DNA from: a virus
Lineage: Duplodnaviria > Caudoviricetes
Virus record (IMG/VR): IMGVR_UViG_3300023246_000155
Coordinates: 1-41,679 of that record
Length of the DNA: 41,679 nucleotides
Reading direction: 5' to 3' (one strand)
The translations under genes and the position numbers were made by a program. Every line of letters starts with the position of its first letter. Position 1 is the stretch's first letter. Under the pieces are notes generated by a model. That model was given only the letters and a program-made list of their open reading frames with translations. It had not been told where the DNA came from and ran no database searches. This document shows positions 17,673 through 27,267 of the stretch, piece after piece.

Positions 17673-18233
17673 TTAGTCTTTTGAGTTTTCATAGAATCTC
17701 CAGTATTTTTCTTTGAAGTCATGATAAACGATCACTACTTTATTCTTCACCTTTGTTTTCTCTGCAATTAGAATCTTACTGAATATATTATTGTCTAGCA
17801 TCCACTTACATTTTTCTTTTTCTATTTTGGATAATTCTCCACCGATTTTTGATTCGACCCCAATCACTTCGTATATCTGTCCAAGTTCTTTATTTACATT
17901 TATAACTCTTCTACATTCAGAACATCCGAATCTTTCAAAGTTACTTGGTCTAAATACAACAAAGTCTGGGAATCCTGCGCCCTGGGAGATTGGTCTGCCT
18001 GGTCCTGCCCATTTATTTTTTGCTCTGATTAATTTCGGATGTACCCACTTCTTAACTTCAATATCCTCTATTTTTAATCCTCCGACTCCTTCAACATGTC
18101 CAGGTTCCACATTATTCGTCCACTTGTCAACTGTCCAACCCTTTTCTTCTAGGTCAGAACGTACTCGTAACTCAAAAATTGCTCCCTGGGCTTTGGACTT
18201 CTTGCCCCTCTTAACGTTTTTTTCGTCTACCAT
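17673..18233 (-). CDS. Hjc-like Holliday junction resolvase (PD-(D/E)XK)
   Basis: GAIFELRVRSDLEEKGWTV ... GFPDFVV ... IGVESK. Confidence 0.7.
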   Translation of the reverse strand: MVDEKNVKRGKKSKAQGAIFELRVRSDLEEKGWTVDKWTNNVEPGHVEGVGGLKIEDIEVKKWVHPKLIRAKNKWAGPGRPISQGAGFPDFVVFRPSNFERFGCSECRRVINVNKELGQIYEVIGVESKIGGELSKIEKEKCKWMLDNNIFSKILIAEKTKVKNKVVIVYHDFKEKYWRFYENSKD

Positions 18234-18453
18234 GTTCATCGAATAATAATTTTACTTGAAGTTCGAGATTCTTTTTTGGGATTCTATCCAGTATCACTTC
18301 TTTAAACCATTGCCTTAATTCGCATGGATAAGTATACGAACAAACTTTCTTCTCTCCTTTGCATTGATGCGCTGGTCGATAGTCTCCACAAATATCCATA
18401 TAAGCACATTCTAGTTTTTCTAATGGGAAAGTATCGCTGACATATGTTTTCAT
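18211..18453 (-). CDS. Cys-rich hypothetical protein
   Basis: 80-aa ORF coupled within the operon. Confidence 0.5.
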   Translation of the reverse strand: MKTYVSDTFPLEKLECAYMDICGDYRPAHQCKGEKKVCSYTYPCELRQWFKEVILDRIPKKNLELQVKLLFDEHGRRKKR

Positions 18454-18525
18454 ATTTCTGCCCTGTATTCTTTTAAGTATCTCAACTGCTTTGTTAAAAA
18501 ATCATTATTTATTTCCATAGTGCGT

Positions 18526-19545
18526 TTAGTAAGGCTTAGGCGAATCCTCAATCCTCTGTTTAGCTATCTCAAAGTATTTTTCATCAAGTTCCATTCCAAT
18601 AAAATCCCTGTTTAAATTAACACAAGCTACTCCAGTAGAACCAGAACCCATTGTAAAATCTAAGACAGTATCTCCTTTATTTGAATAAGTTCTAATTAAA
18701 TCTTTTAGTAAATCTACTGGTTTTTGTGTTGGATGAAATCCGTCATAATCTTTCTTGTATTTTAGTATATTGGATTTAATCTTTTTATCAACTGGCAGGT
18801 TAAATATTGATGGATTTATCTTATTTAATTCTTCATTATGGCTACTCTTAAATGGCTTATCTATTTTAATTAATTCTTCAAAGTTAATAAATTTATCCAT
18901 ATTGTTTATGTTAAAATGTTCTACTATTTTACCGTATGTCTTTTTTGTACATAGGCTGAACTGAGAACTTCCGAATCTAAAAGTATGGTCTGCACCTTGT
19001 CCTACTATTTCTACTATGTTCTTTTTTGTTAATCCAATAAATTCAAACACCTCTTTAAAATATGGTCTTAATGGATGTATAAATTCGGTATCATGTAACG
19101 GATTCATTTTACTAAAAACTAAAATATCTTCATAATAACTAACTGGTGCTTTTTTTGCTATAAGGCTATTTGCAAAATGGTCTTTCTCCCAAACCATTCT
19201 ATAACAGAATTGTAAATTTGGTATTGCTTCGGTTATTAATTTTGATGTATATGGCTCTTGACTAAATAGAATTAATTTTCCGTTTCTTCTCAAAACTCTA
19301 TTTGCATAATTGAAAATCTCTTTTATATCTAAGACTTTATCCCATTCTGTCTTGTCTTTCATCCCATGCTCAAAATCACCAGACGCTATTCCATTAACTG
19401 TTCCGTATGGTGGGTCGGTTATTATCAAATCTATACTCCCATGTTTTAACTTCTCCATCTCCTTAAAACAATCTCCGTATAATAGTTGTACATCACTATG
19501 TTCAACTTTCTCGTTTTCTTGTACATTATATTGTTCAGTTCCCAT
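18526..19545 (-). CDS. N4/N6 DNA methyltransferase (beta class)
   Basis: IITDPPYG ... HPTQKP ... VLDFTMGSGSTGVA; likely start MGTEQ. Confidence 0.9.
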   Translation of the reverse strand: MGTEQYNVQENEKVEHSDVQLLYGDCFKEMEKLKHGSIDLIITDPPYGTVNGIASGDFEHGMKDKTEWDKVLDIKEIFNYANRVLRRNGKLILFSQEPYTSKLITEAIPNLQFCYRMVWEKDHFANSLIAKKAPVSYYEDILVFSKMNPLHDTEFIHPLRPYFKEVFEFIGLTKKNIVEIVGQGADHTFRFGSSQFSLCTKKTYGKIVEHFNINNMDKFINFEELIKIDKPFKSSHNEELNKINPSIFNLPVDKKIKSNILKYKKDYDGFHPTQKPVDLLKDLIRTYSNKGDTVLDFTMGSGSTGVACVNLNRDFIGMELDEKYFEIAKQRIEDSPKPY

Positions 19546-19546
19546 A

Positions 19547-20179
19547 TTAATCATTAAGCGAACCACCCCATTGTTCTGCCATTGCCATAGCCACACCAGG
19601 GAAGGTTTTGCTTCTTAGTATTTTGATTTCTGGTGAATTATAAGCTATCTTCTTTCCATTCTCACCTACTGGGTCATGTGACCACTTAGCCATCTTTGCT
19701 CCGTTGGGTGAGACATAAAACTCCCCTTCTCCGACTATGTTTGTTGGCTCTAGTTTTGGAACTCCTTTTAACCACAAACATGTTGTTTTCTTTGCTTCGT
19801 GTCCAAACATAAAAGGTTGTATTATTTGGTCGGGTTTTCTCCATTTACTAGACATAATACAAACTGGATTTTCTATTACTATCTTGGGACATTTACAATT
19901 AGCGAATAACATAAAGAAATCTATACCTTGTTGTTGTCTTCCATCTGCAATCTTCTTCGCAAAATGTCTAGCTCCACTTACTGCTAAGTGTGTGCATGGC
20001 GGAAACGCAATAATCATATCCCATTCTTGTTCTAATAATGACTCAACATCTCCCTGGATATGCCATTCGGGATGCCCTCCGCTACATGGTAGAATGTCAC
20101 AAGAGTAAGCTTCGTGACCTAATCTTCTGAACTCCTTACATACTGCCTGGCTTTCTTCACAGGCTATTAATACTCTCAT
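19547..20179 (-). CDS. Phage-type C5 cytosine DNA methyltransferase-like protein
   Basis: VLIACEES, AFPPCTHL catalytic PC motif, IENPV, FGH..KKTTCLW. Confidence 0.8.
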   Translation of the reverse strand: MRVLIACEESQAVCKEFRRLGHEAYSCDILPCSGGHPEWHIQGDVESLLEQEWDMIIAFPPCTHLAVSGARHFAKKIADGRQQQGIDFFMLFANCKCPKIVIENPVCIMSSKWRKPDQIIQPFMFGHEAKKTTCLWLKGVPKLEPTNIVGEGEFYVSPNGAKMAKWSHDPVGENGKKIAYNSPEIKILRSKTFPGVAMAMAEQWGGSLND

Positions 20180-20335
20180 TTCTTACTCCTATTCGTGAAA
20201 GGTTTGGTAAGCGAATTTAATTGTTTCTTTAGCTTTTCTTTTCTCAAAGTATCTCTTCTGACGTGTGAAACTCCAAATCCACAATCATCATCAAAATCAA
20301 TATCCTGTAATGTTTTTAGTTTTTCCATGTTGTTT

Positions 20336-20740
20336 CTAAGCTTTGATACCCCATGCTTTATTTTTATTTAACAAGTTTAATGTATTTTTAGACAACAACC
20401 TTCCTTCTTTATCCCTTTGTTTTAATAAATTTAATAACTCCTTAGCTTTTTGTTTTTTTACTATTAAGTGTGGAATCATGTCAGCAAGTATATTTTTCAT
20501 TTCTTCTCTTTTAGCTATTATTAGTTCCCAGCAAGTATTCTCATTTTTCTTTTTTGAGATTATTCCACCATACCTTTTTCTTATTTCTTCTAAAACTTCT
20601 TTATTTTGATTACTAACGCCTACTCTATAATAAATTGTAAATCCTCTTATCAATCTTTTATCTTTATGTTTTCCAAAAATTATACATCCTTCTCCATCTA
20701 TAAATCCTGCAATATATTTTTTATCTATCATCTTACACAC
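20336..20740 (-). CDS. Free-standing single-motif LAGLIDADG endonuclease
   Basis: YIAGFIDGEGCI ... PHLIVKKQKA. Confidence 0.85.
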   Translation of the reverse strand: MCKMIDKKYIAGFIDGEGCIIFGKHKDKRLIRGFTIYYRVGVSNQNKEVLEEIRKRYGGIISKKKNENTCWELIIAKREEMKNILADMIPHLIVKKQKAKELLNLLKQRDKEGRLLSKNTLNLLNKNKAWGIKA

Positions 20741-20792
20741 CTAAGTAGATGGTGTTGGTTTATATATCTTTCTATTTTAGCGTGTGGGAGAA

Positions 20793-20993
20793 TCATTTTT
20801 CATCAACTCCGTCATTTTCATGTAAGGCGTCGCCAAAGGCTTCATTAATACAAGAAATATCTTTATCTGGGATAATCCCACCACTATTATACTTTGGAAT
20901 TTCATCTCCAACTTTTCTGCACTTGCTACAAAGTCCTACAACTTTTACTCCAATTATCTTAATTCCTGTCATCTTCCACCTCGCTTGAGACAT
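20793..20993 (-). CDS. Hypothetical protein
   Basis: Short ORF coupled to neighbours; CxxC. Confidence 0.4.
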   Translation of the reverse strand: MSQARWKMTGIKIIGVKVVGLCSKCRKVGDEIPKYNSGGIIPDKDISCINEAFGDALHENDGVDEK

Positions 20994-21255
20994 TTAATGC
21001 GTCGTCATGTCCAAATCTCTTTCTTAATTCTCTCACCAAGATTTTCATCTCAGGAGTAGATATTCTTTTTTCAAAATCTTCAAATGTCATTCCAAATGTT
21101 TTGGGAAAATTTATTTTCATTTCTTCAATTGCTCTTTTTATCTTTGTACAATCAGAACAAATAAATCCCTTTTGACATTTCTCCATTGAAAACCCCTTTT
21201 CTGGATATTCACTATCAAAATATACTTTCATATCTTTTCCACATCCTTCACTCAT
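20959..21255 (-). CDS. Hypothetical protein
   Basis: 98-aa ORF overlapping the recombinase stop; Cys motifs. Confidence 0.5.
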   Translation of the reverse strand: MSEGCGKDMKVYFDSEYPEKGFSMEKCQKGFICSDCTKIKRAIEEMKINFPKTFGMTFEDFEKRISTPEMKILVRELRKRFGHDDALNVSSEVEDDRN

Positions 21256-21806
21256 TTTCCTCTACTCCCAAATTTATTTCTATACTGTGCGATCCTTTCA
21301 GCTGGACAAAGATTAATATAAATTGAAGTTGTTGCAATGTCTGAATGTCCTAGCAATCCTGAAACTGTTGATATGTCTATCCCTGCTCTTATACATTCTG
21401 TAGCAAACCCATGCCTAAGTGAATGGAAATGAATTTTAGGCTTCTTCTTCTTTAGTCCAGTTATTTCTGCTGATTTGATAAAGGCTTTCTGTAATGCTCT
21501 TTGTTGGCATTTAAGAGGTATAAAATTAATGTGTGCAGGTTGCCAAGACAAAGGCAAACTAACTATTCTATCTTTTGAGTTTTTACCCATGTTTACTCGT
21601 ATTTGTTTATTGCCGAAATCGAAGTCTGCTTTTTGTAGATTTACTATCTCGCTTATTCTTAATCCAGATTCAAACCCTAACATAAATGCTACTTTGTGGT
21701 GCATAAATTCTGTAACCTTTAGAAGTTCTACATATTCATCTTGGTTAATCTCTACTGGTAAAGGTTTAGCTTTTACTTTTTGTCCTTTCTTTTTGTGTGG
21801 TCTCAT
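21252..21806 (-). CDS. Tyrosine recombinase (catalytic domain only)
   Basis: SGLRISE, GKNSKDR, HSLRHGFAT, LLGHSDIATTSIY catalytic residues; likely start MRPHKK. Confidence 0.9.
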   Translation of the reverse strand: MRPHKKKGQKVKAKPLPVEINQDEYVELLKVTEFMHHKVAFMLGFESGLRISEIVNLQKADFDFGNKQIRVNMGKNSKDRIVSLPLSWQPAHINFIPLKCQQRALQKAFIKSAEITGLKKKKPKIHFHSLRHGFATECIRAGIDISTVSGLLGHSDIATTSIYINLCPAERIAQYRNKFGSRGK

Positions 21807-22039
21807 ATCAAGTCCTCCCCGAAAGTTTCTAATTCTAATAGCTTTAACTTTTCCCAATCTGCAATTACTATTCTACCCTCTCCAGTCTCTTGCATATATC
21901 CTATTGGGTTTGTTCTAATTCCTTCTATAAATTTATTTAGATAATATTTAACATCACTTCTCAATAGGTAAACAATTTCTGCATCTATTTCAGTTGCTTC
22001 ATCAACTATTATTCTTTTATCACTTAATGTCTTTTCCAT
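21803..22039 (-). CDS. Hypothetical protein
   Basis: 78-aa ORF with GAAAGATATATAAA promoter-like motif at 22074-22061. Confidence 0.5.
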   Translation of the reverse strand: MEKTLSDKRIIVDEATEIDAEIVYLLRSDVKYYLNKFIEGIRTNPIGYMQETGEGRIVIADWEKLKLLELETFGEDLI

Positions 22040-22261
22040 GTTTTTCTTACGTATAGTTCCTTTATATATCTTTCGGTTATTGCGAACTTATGTTTTCTAC
22101 TCCGTAGAGGTTACAACGCTTAATCATTCGTTTGCGTCTTAACCAATCCCTTTTTCTTTAAATCATTAAGTGCATAACAAACTTCTTTACTCCAAATTAT
22201 AGAACCTTTTTTCCATCTTTTTCCCATGATGTAATAACAAATGGCTTGTTTATAAAACCAT

Positions 22262-22774
22262 CTATTTAAATTCTCCCGAATGCATTAATTTATGATGTTC
22301 TTTACACAGTAAAACACAGTTATCCTGATTATATAATCCTCCAGAATTTCCCCTCGTTTTACGGTGACACTCAATCCCTGGATGGCCACATCCTAGCATC
22401 TCACAAATTCCTCCGGACCTATCAAAAATAATTCTTCTTAACTCTGTATCGCATTTGTCGGTCCCTTCCATTGGTTTGGGTTTCTTCAATGTGAATCCTT
22501 GCTCTGCTGCGATGTCTATTATTGGCTTCAAATGTTTGCAAGGTTCTGCATAAAATCTCTTATCGGAAAACTGGCCACTATTCTTTAATCGTTTGCCTGG
22601 GAACCAACTTGCTTCTCTTATTACTTTCCCATTAACAATTTCTTTTGGTCGATACACTCCGCTAAAATTCCCACACGTACAATCAATAAAATAAATCTGT
22701 TTTGATTCTAGAAGGTAGTGAACTCTTTGGGTATACCCTGAGAAATGATATGTCTTTCTTATTTTTTCTTCCAT
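22262..22774 (-). CDS. SWIM-like Zn finger plus HNH domain protein
   Basis: CTC...CKH SWIM pattern; RSGGICE..CHRK..NCVLLCKEHH HNH-like motif. Confidence 0.7.
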   Translation of the reverse strand: MEEKIRKTYHFSGYTQRVHYLLESKQIYFIDCTCGNFSGVYRPKEIVNGKVIREASWFPGKRLKNSGQFSDKRFYAEPCKHLKPIIDIAAEQGFTLKKPKPMEGTDKCDTELRRIIFDRSGGICEMLGCGHPGIECHRKTRGNSGGLYNQDNCVLLCKEHHKLMHSGEFK

Positions 22775-22968
22775 TAGAATTTATCCCAAATATTTAATTT
22801 AGCTGTTTCTAGTGCTAATCTCATAATCTCAAAAATAGTATCTGTTTCTATTGGATCATCTCCTAAAACTTTTGAGAATCTGTAAGTGTCAACTATCAAA
22901 CAGCGATAAGCATCCATGCTCCAATCACTAACATTCCAATATTCCAATTTTCTTACTCTTTTTTCCAT
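22774..22968 (-). CDS. Hypothetical protein
   Basis: Translationally coupled 64-aa ORF. Confidence 0.45.
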   Translation of the reverse strand: MEKRVRKLEYWNVSDWSMDAYRCLIVDTYRFSKVLGDDPIETDTIFEIMRLALETAKLNIWDKF

Positions 22969-23171
22969 TCTTCGTCGTTTTGTTTTTTATGAACATTAAG
23001 TTTTCCATCTTTTCGATAATCAAATTGTTTAGAAAACATTATATTATCTTCTCTTGGCAAAAACCAACCACAATCATTTATTAATTTTTCTACATCTTCG
23101 TTTGAGAATCTTCTCTTAACTGGCAATTTGCCCGACACAATCATATTAACTATTTTGAGATTATTTTTCAC
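22953..23171 (-). CDS. Hypothetical protein with TBP-like N-terminal strand
   Basis: LKIVNMIVSGKL resembles the TBP IxNxVxS motif; the remainder does not obviously match. Confidence 0.35.
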   Translation of the reverse strand: MKNNLKIVNMIVSGKLPVKRRFSNEDVEKLINDCGWFLPREDNIMFSKQFDYRKDGKLNVHKKQNDEEWKKE

Positions 23172-23512
23172 ATTAAATCCCCCTCTAGTCCGGCATCATC
23201 TGTATCTACTTCTTTTGGTTCTTCAACACTCTCACATTCTTCTTCTGGTTCTCCATCCCTTTGCTTTTGTAGGAGTCTGTCGATTTCATTACTCGCTTCT
23301 TGTTTTGACATTGATGGATCGGCTTTTCCACCTAGCTTCTTTATGTAGCCAAGTTGTCCCGGGGTTGATGTTCCTGTCATTGGCTTCTTCTCATGATATC
23401 CTTGTTTGTTTGGGATTGAAATTCTGGAGATTTTATCCTCTAGGACTTCGATTCTCTTTAGGGCGCTTGAGAGGGCCTCTTCGTATATTTTATTATTCAT
23501 AATATTCTCCAT
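23168..23512 (-). CDS. Protein with TxxQLxYIxxLG..SKxEASxxID motif (DUF3072-like)
   Basis: STPGQLGYIKKLGG..MSKQEASNEIDRL. Confidence 0.55.
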   Translation of the reverse strand: MENIMNNKIYEEALSSALKRIEVLEDKISRISIPNKQGYHEKKPMTGTSTPGQLGYIKKLGGKADPSMSKQEASNEIDRLLQKQRDGEPEEECESVEEPKEVDTDDAGLEGDLM

Positions 23513-23694
23513 TCGTATTTTGTTGAGCTCTTTGAGTGATATGCATTCCTTCTTGTTATAAATCCTGTATCATACAATTTCCTCAGGCTTCGATTGACTA
23601 GTCCTGGAGATTGCCCTAGCCTTTCAGCTACCTCTTTTGTAGTTAGCCAGTCATCCTCTTTTGTTAAAATCTCTATACAATCACTTTGCCCCAT
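23497..23694 (-). CDS. Small winged-helix DNA-binding protein
   Basis: WLTTKEVAERLGQSPGLVNRSLRKLYDTGFITR. Confidence 0.75.
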   Translation of the reverse strand: MGQSDCIEILTKEDDWLTTKEVAERLGQSPGLVNRSLRKLYDTGFITRRNAYHSKSSTKYEWRIL

Positions 23695-23799
23695 TGTTTT
23701 TTTTGGTTTCCATTTTATTTGTTTTGCCTTTCGGCATGTCGGTAGAAAATCATCCGACGAATCTAAAATTGTTTGTGTTTATATATTCCTGTTGGCATT

Positions 23800-23997
23800 T
23801 TATTCTTTAATGAAAAGTCCAGAATCCTCCAATTTTTTAAGTTTTAACCTTAGTTCTTCGACTGTGTCAAAATATAACTTAAATCTATTCCCAGCTTTTC
23901 CACATTCATAAGAGTTTGGTTTTTCAGTCTTATTAATAACTACGCTGCTTCTTTGTTCTGCAGTGAATTCTTGTGAGTTCTCAACATCTTCTACCAT
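23800..23997 (-). CDS. Hypothetical protein
   Basis: 65-aa ORF coupled by TAATG to the upstream gene. Confidence 0.55.
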   Translation of the reverse strand: MVEDVENSQEFTAEQRSSVVINKTEKPNSYECGKAGNRFKLYFDTVEELRLKLKKLEDSGLFIKE

Positions 23998-24731
23998 TAT
24001 TTCTTTTTTGAAGATTTAGGTTTTTCGTCTGCTATCTTGATTTCCTCGACATCTAGCTTTTTTTCTTCGACCTTCTTATCTGGCTTGGTTTCTGCATCTT
24101 CGATTGTTCCGCTTGGGAGTTCTTCTTCAGCAACTTCCATGTTGTTTGTTGCCTGCTTTAATGCTCTAACCTGCGCCCTTGTGCTCGCCATCCTTATCCA
24201 TGCATTTCTGATTGACTTTTGGTCGATGTTTCCACCCTGTGCTTCATCCATTCCACATGCATCTCCAACATCCTCATATATGAAATCTCTTGGTGTTATA
24301 ACCCCATCAATAACTACGTTTTTTCTTATCGTTGCAGTTGCCTTAAAACATGCAGTCTTTAATGCTACGTTTGAAAATTCTAGCATTGGTCTAACCTTCA
24401 TACTAACAAGTCCCATCTTGTTTGCTTGGTCTGTTAATGTTTTGTAGTTGACTTTTTCTAGTTGGTCTTGGAACGATCCTTTTTTGGCCGGCTCCTGTTC
24501 AACCGTATCACTTAGGACTTGGATGTTTCTTATAATGTTCAACTCCACACTCAATTCTACTTCAAAACCTTTCTTCAATCTAGTTGCTAGTTTCAACAGC
24601 TTATCTTCTGTTTCGTGAAAATTATAAAATTCTCCGTTGACCTTTATGCTCAGTTGTTGTTGGCCCTGGTATTCGTTCGGCTTCTCTGCCATCCACTCAA
24701 TCTTGCCTCTTACTTTTTTCATTTCTTCCAT
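23997..24731 (-). CDS. Putative single-strand annealing protein (Rad52/Redbeta superfamily) with OB-like N-terminus
   Basis: ACFKATAT..EDVGDA..IRMASTRAQVRALK motif; acidic/basic tail; GGGGTGA RBS. Confidence 0.5.
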   Translation of the reverse strand: MEEMKKVRGKIEWMAEKPNEYQGQQQLSIKVNGEFYNFHETEDKLLKLATRLKKGFEVELSVELNIIRNIQVLSDTVEQEPAKKGSFQDQLEKVNYKTLTDQANKMGLVSMKVRPMLEFSNVALKTACFKATATIRKNVVIDGVITPRDFIYEDVGDACGMDEAQGGNIDQKSIRNAWIRMASTRAQVRALKQATNNMEVAEEELPSGTIEDAETKPDKKVEEKKLDVEEIKIADEKPKSSKKK

Positions 24732-24865
24732 TCTTCACCCCCTTTTTCCCAGTTATTTGATTAGGCAGGCCAGGAGAGTCCGATGAAGAACTCGACCTGC
24801 CCTCTGTGTTTCCACAGATTATAAATGGAAGGAATCTCATGATTTCTAGTCCTTCCTGGGTACAT

Positions 24866-25126
24866 CTAAGCGTTAACATTTACCCACTCCTTTCTGTCTC
24901 GTTGATATGAATAGTGAACGCCGTCATCTAACTTACATAAAATTGTGTCCGGTTGTGCTCCAGTCGCATATAAAAAATCTCCGTTGCCCATTGATAAGTT
25001 GATGGATCCTCCGGCATTAAACACATCTTTGAACTGCTCTAGAATCCTCTCCGGCTTCGTTTTTATTGTTATTTGCTTATCCATTTTTCTCCCCTGTAGA
25101 CAAAACAGCCGCCGCACGCATTGCAT
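24866..25126 (-). CDS. Hypothetical protein
   Basis: ORF; real start probably the internal MDKQ. Confidence 0.45.
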   Translation of the reverse strand: MQCVRRLFCLQGRKMDKQITIKTKPERILEQFKDVFNAGGSINLSMGNGDFLYATGAQPDTILCKLDDGVHYSYQRDRKEWVNVNA

Positions 25127-25397
25127 AATAACTCGTCATCAATTACGATCGTGTTTTTACTTCCGCAGCAATAACACTCTTCCAATAATAACTGTGGCAA
25201 TATTAATTCGTTCATTTTAGCGCCGCCTGTTCTTCGTCTATAATCATTTTTGCATGTTCTAGTCCTGAGGTTTTCAACTCCCACCATCCTCTTTGATTTG
25301 CCATTATTGTGGACTCCCCATTTTCTTCTTCATTTCTTCTGTATATCCTTCTGGTAATAATCCCCTTGCTTCGTCTTGTCTGGATTGCTCAATAAAT

Positions 25398-25901
25398 TCA
25401 TTTATCATTGTTTTCCTCGTTAAGTAGTTTTAATGATATTATTTCCATTCTTCTTAATTTTTCTTCTTCTGCTAGTTCTTCCCATTTCATATCTTTTGCT
25501 TTTCCATTTTTAACAATTTTTTGTCTAGTTACCTCTCTTCCACAGGCATCACAATACATTCTATTACAATTACCAAAGAACTTTTCTCCACATATTTTAC
25601 AAATTTTATCTTTCGTTTTAGTTATTTTAAATTTTTTCCTAAGTTCTCTTTCTTTAGCTTGTCTTTCTTGATATATTTTAAATTTACAGTCATCACAATA
25701 TCTCAACCCAGTTTTTCTAACTTTTAGACTTACTCCGCATCTGTGGCATTTAGCCATAACAAATTTATCTACGCTATAAAACTTATTATATTTGTTGGCT
25801 TTTTTCTTTTTTACATATTCATTACATTTTTTACAATACTTAGATGCATTACATGTTGCTTCATATTCTATAAGGCAAACAGAACATCTCTTTTTTACCA
25901 T
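25398..25901 (-). CDS. Multi-zinc-ribbon protein
   Basis: Three CxxC...YCxxC repeats; likely start MVKKRC. Confidence 0.65.
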   Translation of the reverse strand: MVKKRCSVCLIEYEATCNASKYCKKCNEYVKKKKANKYNKFYSVDKFVMAKCHRCGVSLKVRKTGLRYCDDCKFKIYQERQAKERELRKKFKITKTKDKICKICGEKFFGNCNRMYCDACGREVTRQKIVKNGKAKDMKWEELAEEEKLRRMEIISLKLLNEENNDK

Positions 25902-26173
25902 CAGATTAATCTCCTCACTGCATAAAGTGTTTCTTTTGCATAAAAATTTATGGTCCTTAATAATTTCTTGTAGTCGATTGCTAATAATAAGCATCCACCC
26001 ATAATTAAAAATATTGAGCCTGTTGGGAAAGGTAGAGTTATTGTTCCGATTCCTATCATTGTGTAACCTACTATCTTCTTAAAAAGTGTGATTGGTTTGT
26101 ATGCTTCGACTTGCCCAAAAAATTGCATTCTTTTTCGTGCTTGTTCTAGCGTGATTATTTTTGTTTGTTTCAT
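25901..26173 (-). CDS. Small membrane protein
   Basis: Hydrophobic hairpin IVGYTMIGIGTITLPFPTGSIFLIMGG; AGGAG RBS; TATA-like motif at 26218-26204. Confidence 0.65.
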   Translation of the reverse strand: MKQTKIITLEQARKRMQFFGQVEAYKPITLFKKIVGYTMIGIGTITLPFPTGSIFLIMGGCLLLAIDYKKLLRTINFYAKETLYAVRRLI

Positions 26174-26455
26174 CGTGTTCTCCTAAAATATACACGAATA
26201 CATCCTTTAAAAAAGTTTCTATTGAAATATACCTGTCTATTTCACTAAATAGTTACAGTATTTTGATATAAAAATAATTCAATCACCGTCGGTGAATTTC
26301 CAATTAACAAAACTCTCTCAATTCTCTCTGCCTAATCTCTGGATGTTCTTGCGTTTTTTGTATTTGTTTTTCATAGTTATCGATTATCAAGACATCCAAA
26401 TATATTTCTGGTGTCATGAATTTATTAAGAAATATGGGTTTATATTTGTTACTAT

Positions 26456-26737
26456 TTAGTACTCTTCGATAAGTTTTAACTTTGTTTTCAGATTCATTTT
26501 TTTTATTTGGGTTTCTCGTTCCAATGCTTTATAGTAATCACTTCCAATTAATTCAATATAAACGAATCCTTTTGGTGAGACATTGTTTCTAACCATCCAG
26601 TTTGATCGTTGGCCGTTTCTGTGTTCGCCTAATCTTCTTTTTGGATCCGAAGTCATACCAGTATAATATAGTTCTTTCTGGAACATTCCTTTTGTCCATT
26701 TCTCGCATTTAATTATGTAAACGTAGTATTTTGCCAT
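26456..26737 (-). CDS. Minimal GIY-YIG nuclease
   Basis: YYVYII..LYYTGMTSDPKRRLGEH..ALERETQIK. Confidence 0.85.
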   Translation of the reverse strand: MAKYYVYIIKCEKWTKGMFQKELYYTGMTSDPKRRLGEHRNGQRSNWMVRNNVSPKGFVYIELIGSDYYKALERETQIKKMNLKTKLKLIEEY

Positions 26738-26744
26738 CTTATCT

Positions 26745-27212
26745 CTCTACCATTTCCTGTGGAACTCAAATCTTTTCTCTTCCCAAGCACACTCACTCTC
26801 CTCTGAAACCGAGTGAGTAGCGCTTATCCCACTACGGACTTTGGCTACACACGAAGGTTTTGAGTGATTTTCTTGTAACCGATCGTACAAGTTTTCTTCA
26901 AACCGTGTTTTATGTAAGTCTAACACTTCTTATTAAATCGCCATTGACCTCCAGCACTCCTGCCTTCTCCGGTTACTGACTAGCGTATTCACGCCGTTTT
27001 GTGATTTATTACCAGGTTTGTCCTTAGTCTTGGACCTAATATTATTAACTAGGTGCTTGATGAGATTTGTCCTCATCGTCGAGAGTAGCTGTTCTAAATC
27101 ACTCCACTCGCTTAATATTTCCAGGCGGTCTACTCTGGAATAGTTTTCGTATAACTTCTAACTCGGTTAGATAATTAGTGACACCGCTTACATTTTTTTA
27201 GAATGTAACAAA
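26745..27212 (-). ncRNA. Candidate ~470-nt structured RNA or long leader upstream of GIY-YIG
   Basis: No ORF of 60 aa or more; TATA-like ATTTTAAAAAGG at 27240-27229; about ten inverted-repeat stems found by eye. Confidence 0.55.
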
Positions 27213-27267
27213 AACACAATAATTTTATCCTTTTTAAAATCATCTATTCCAGGTTACTATTTGAAAG

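Noticed and set aside
20730-20795. 22-codon MILPHAKIERYINQHHLL ORF resembling a dCTP deaminase N-terminus interrupted by LAGLIDADG
   Set aside because: No matching C-terminal part downstream and no intein or intron signals; too short to support.
22040-22260. attP site near the recombinase
   Set aside because: No tRNA-like fragment or clear inverted core visible; cannot be supported without a host sequence.
26800-26930. Group I intron or RNase P core suggested by AGACTT...AAAGTCC next to a GIY-YIG gene
   Set aside because: No recognisable P4/P6 or J8/7 consensus, no interrupted exon pair and no GAGGAAAGUCC; the pairing fits a simple extended hairpin.
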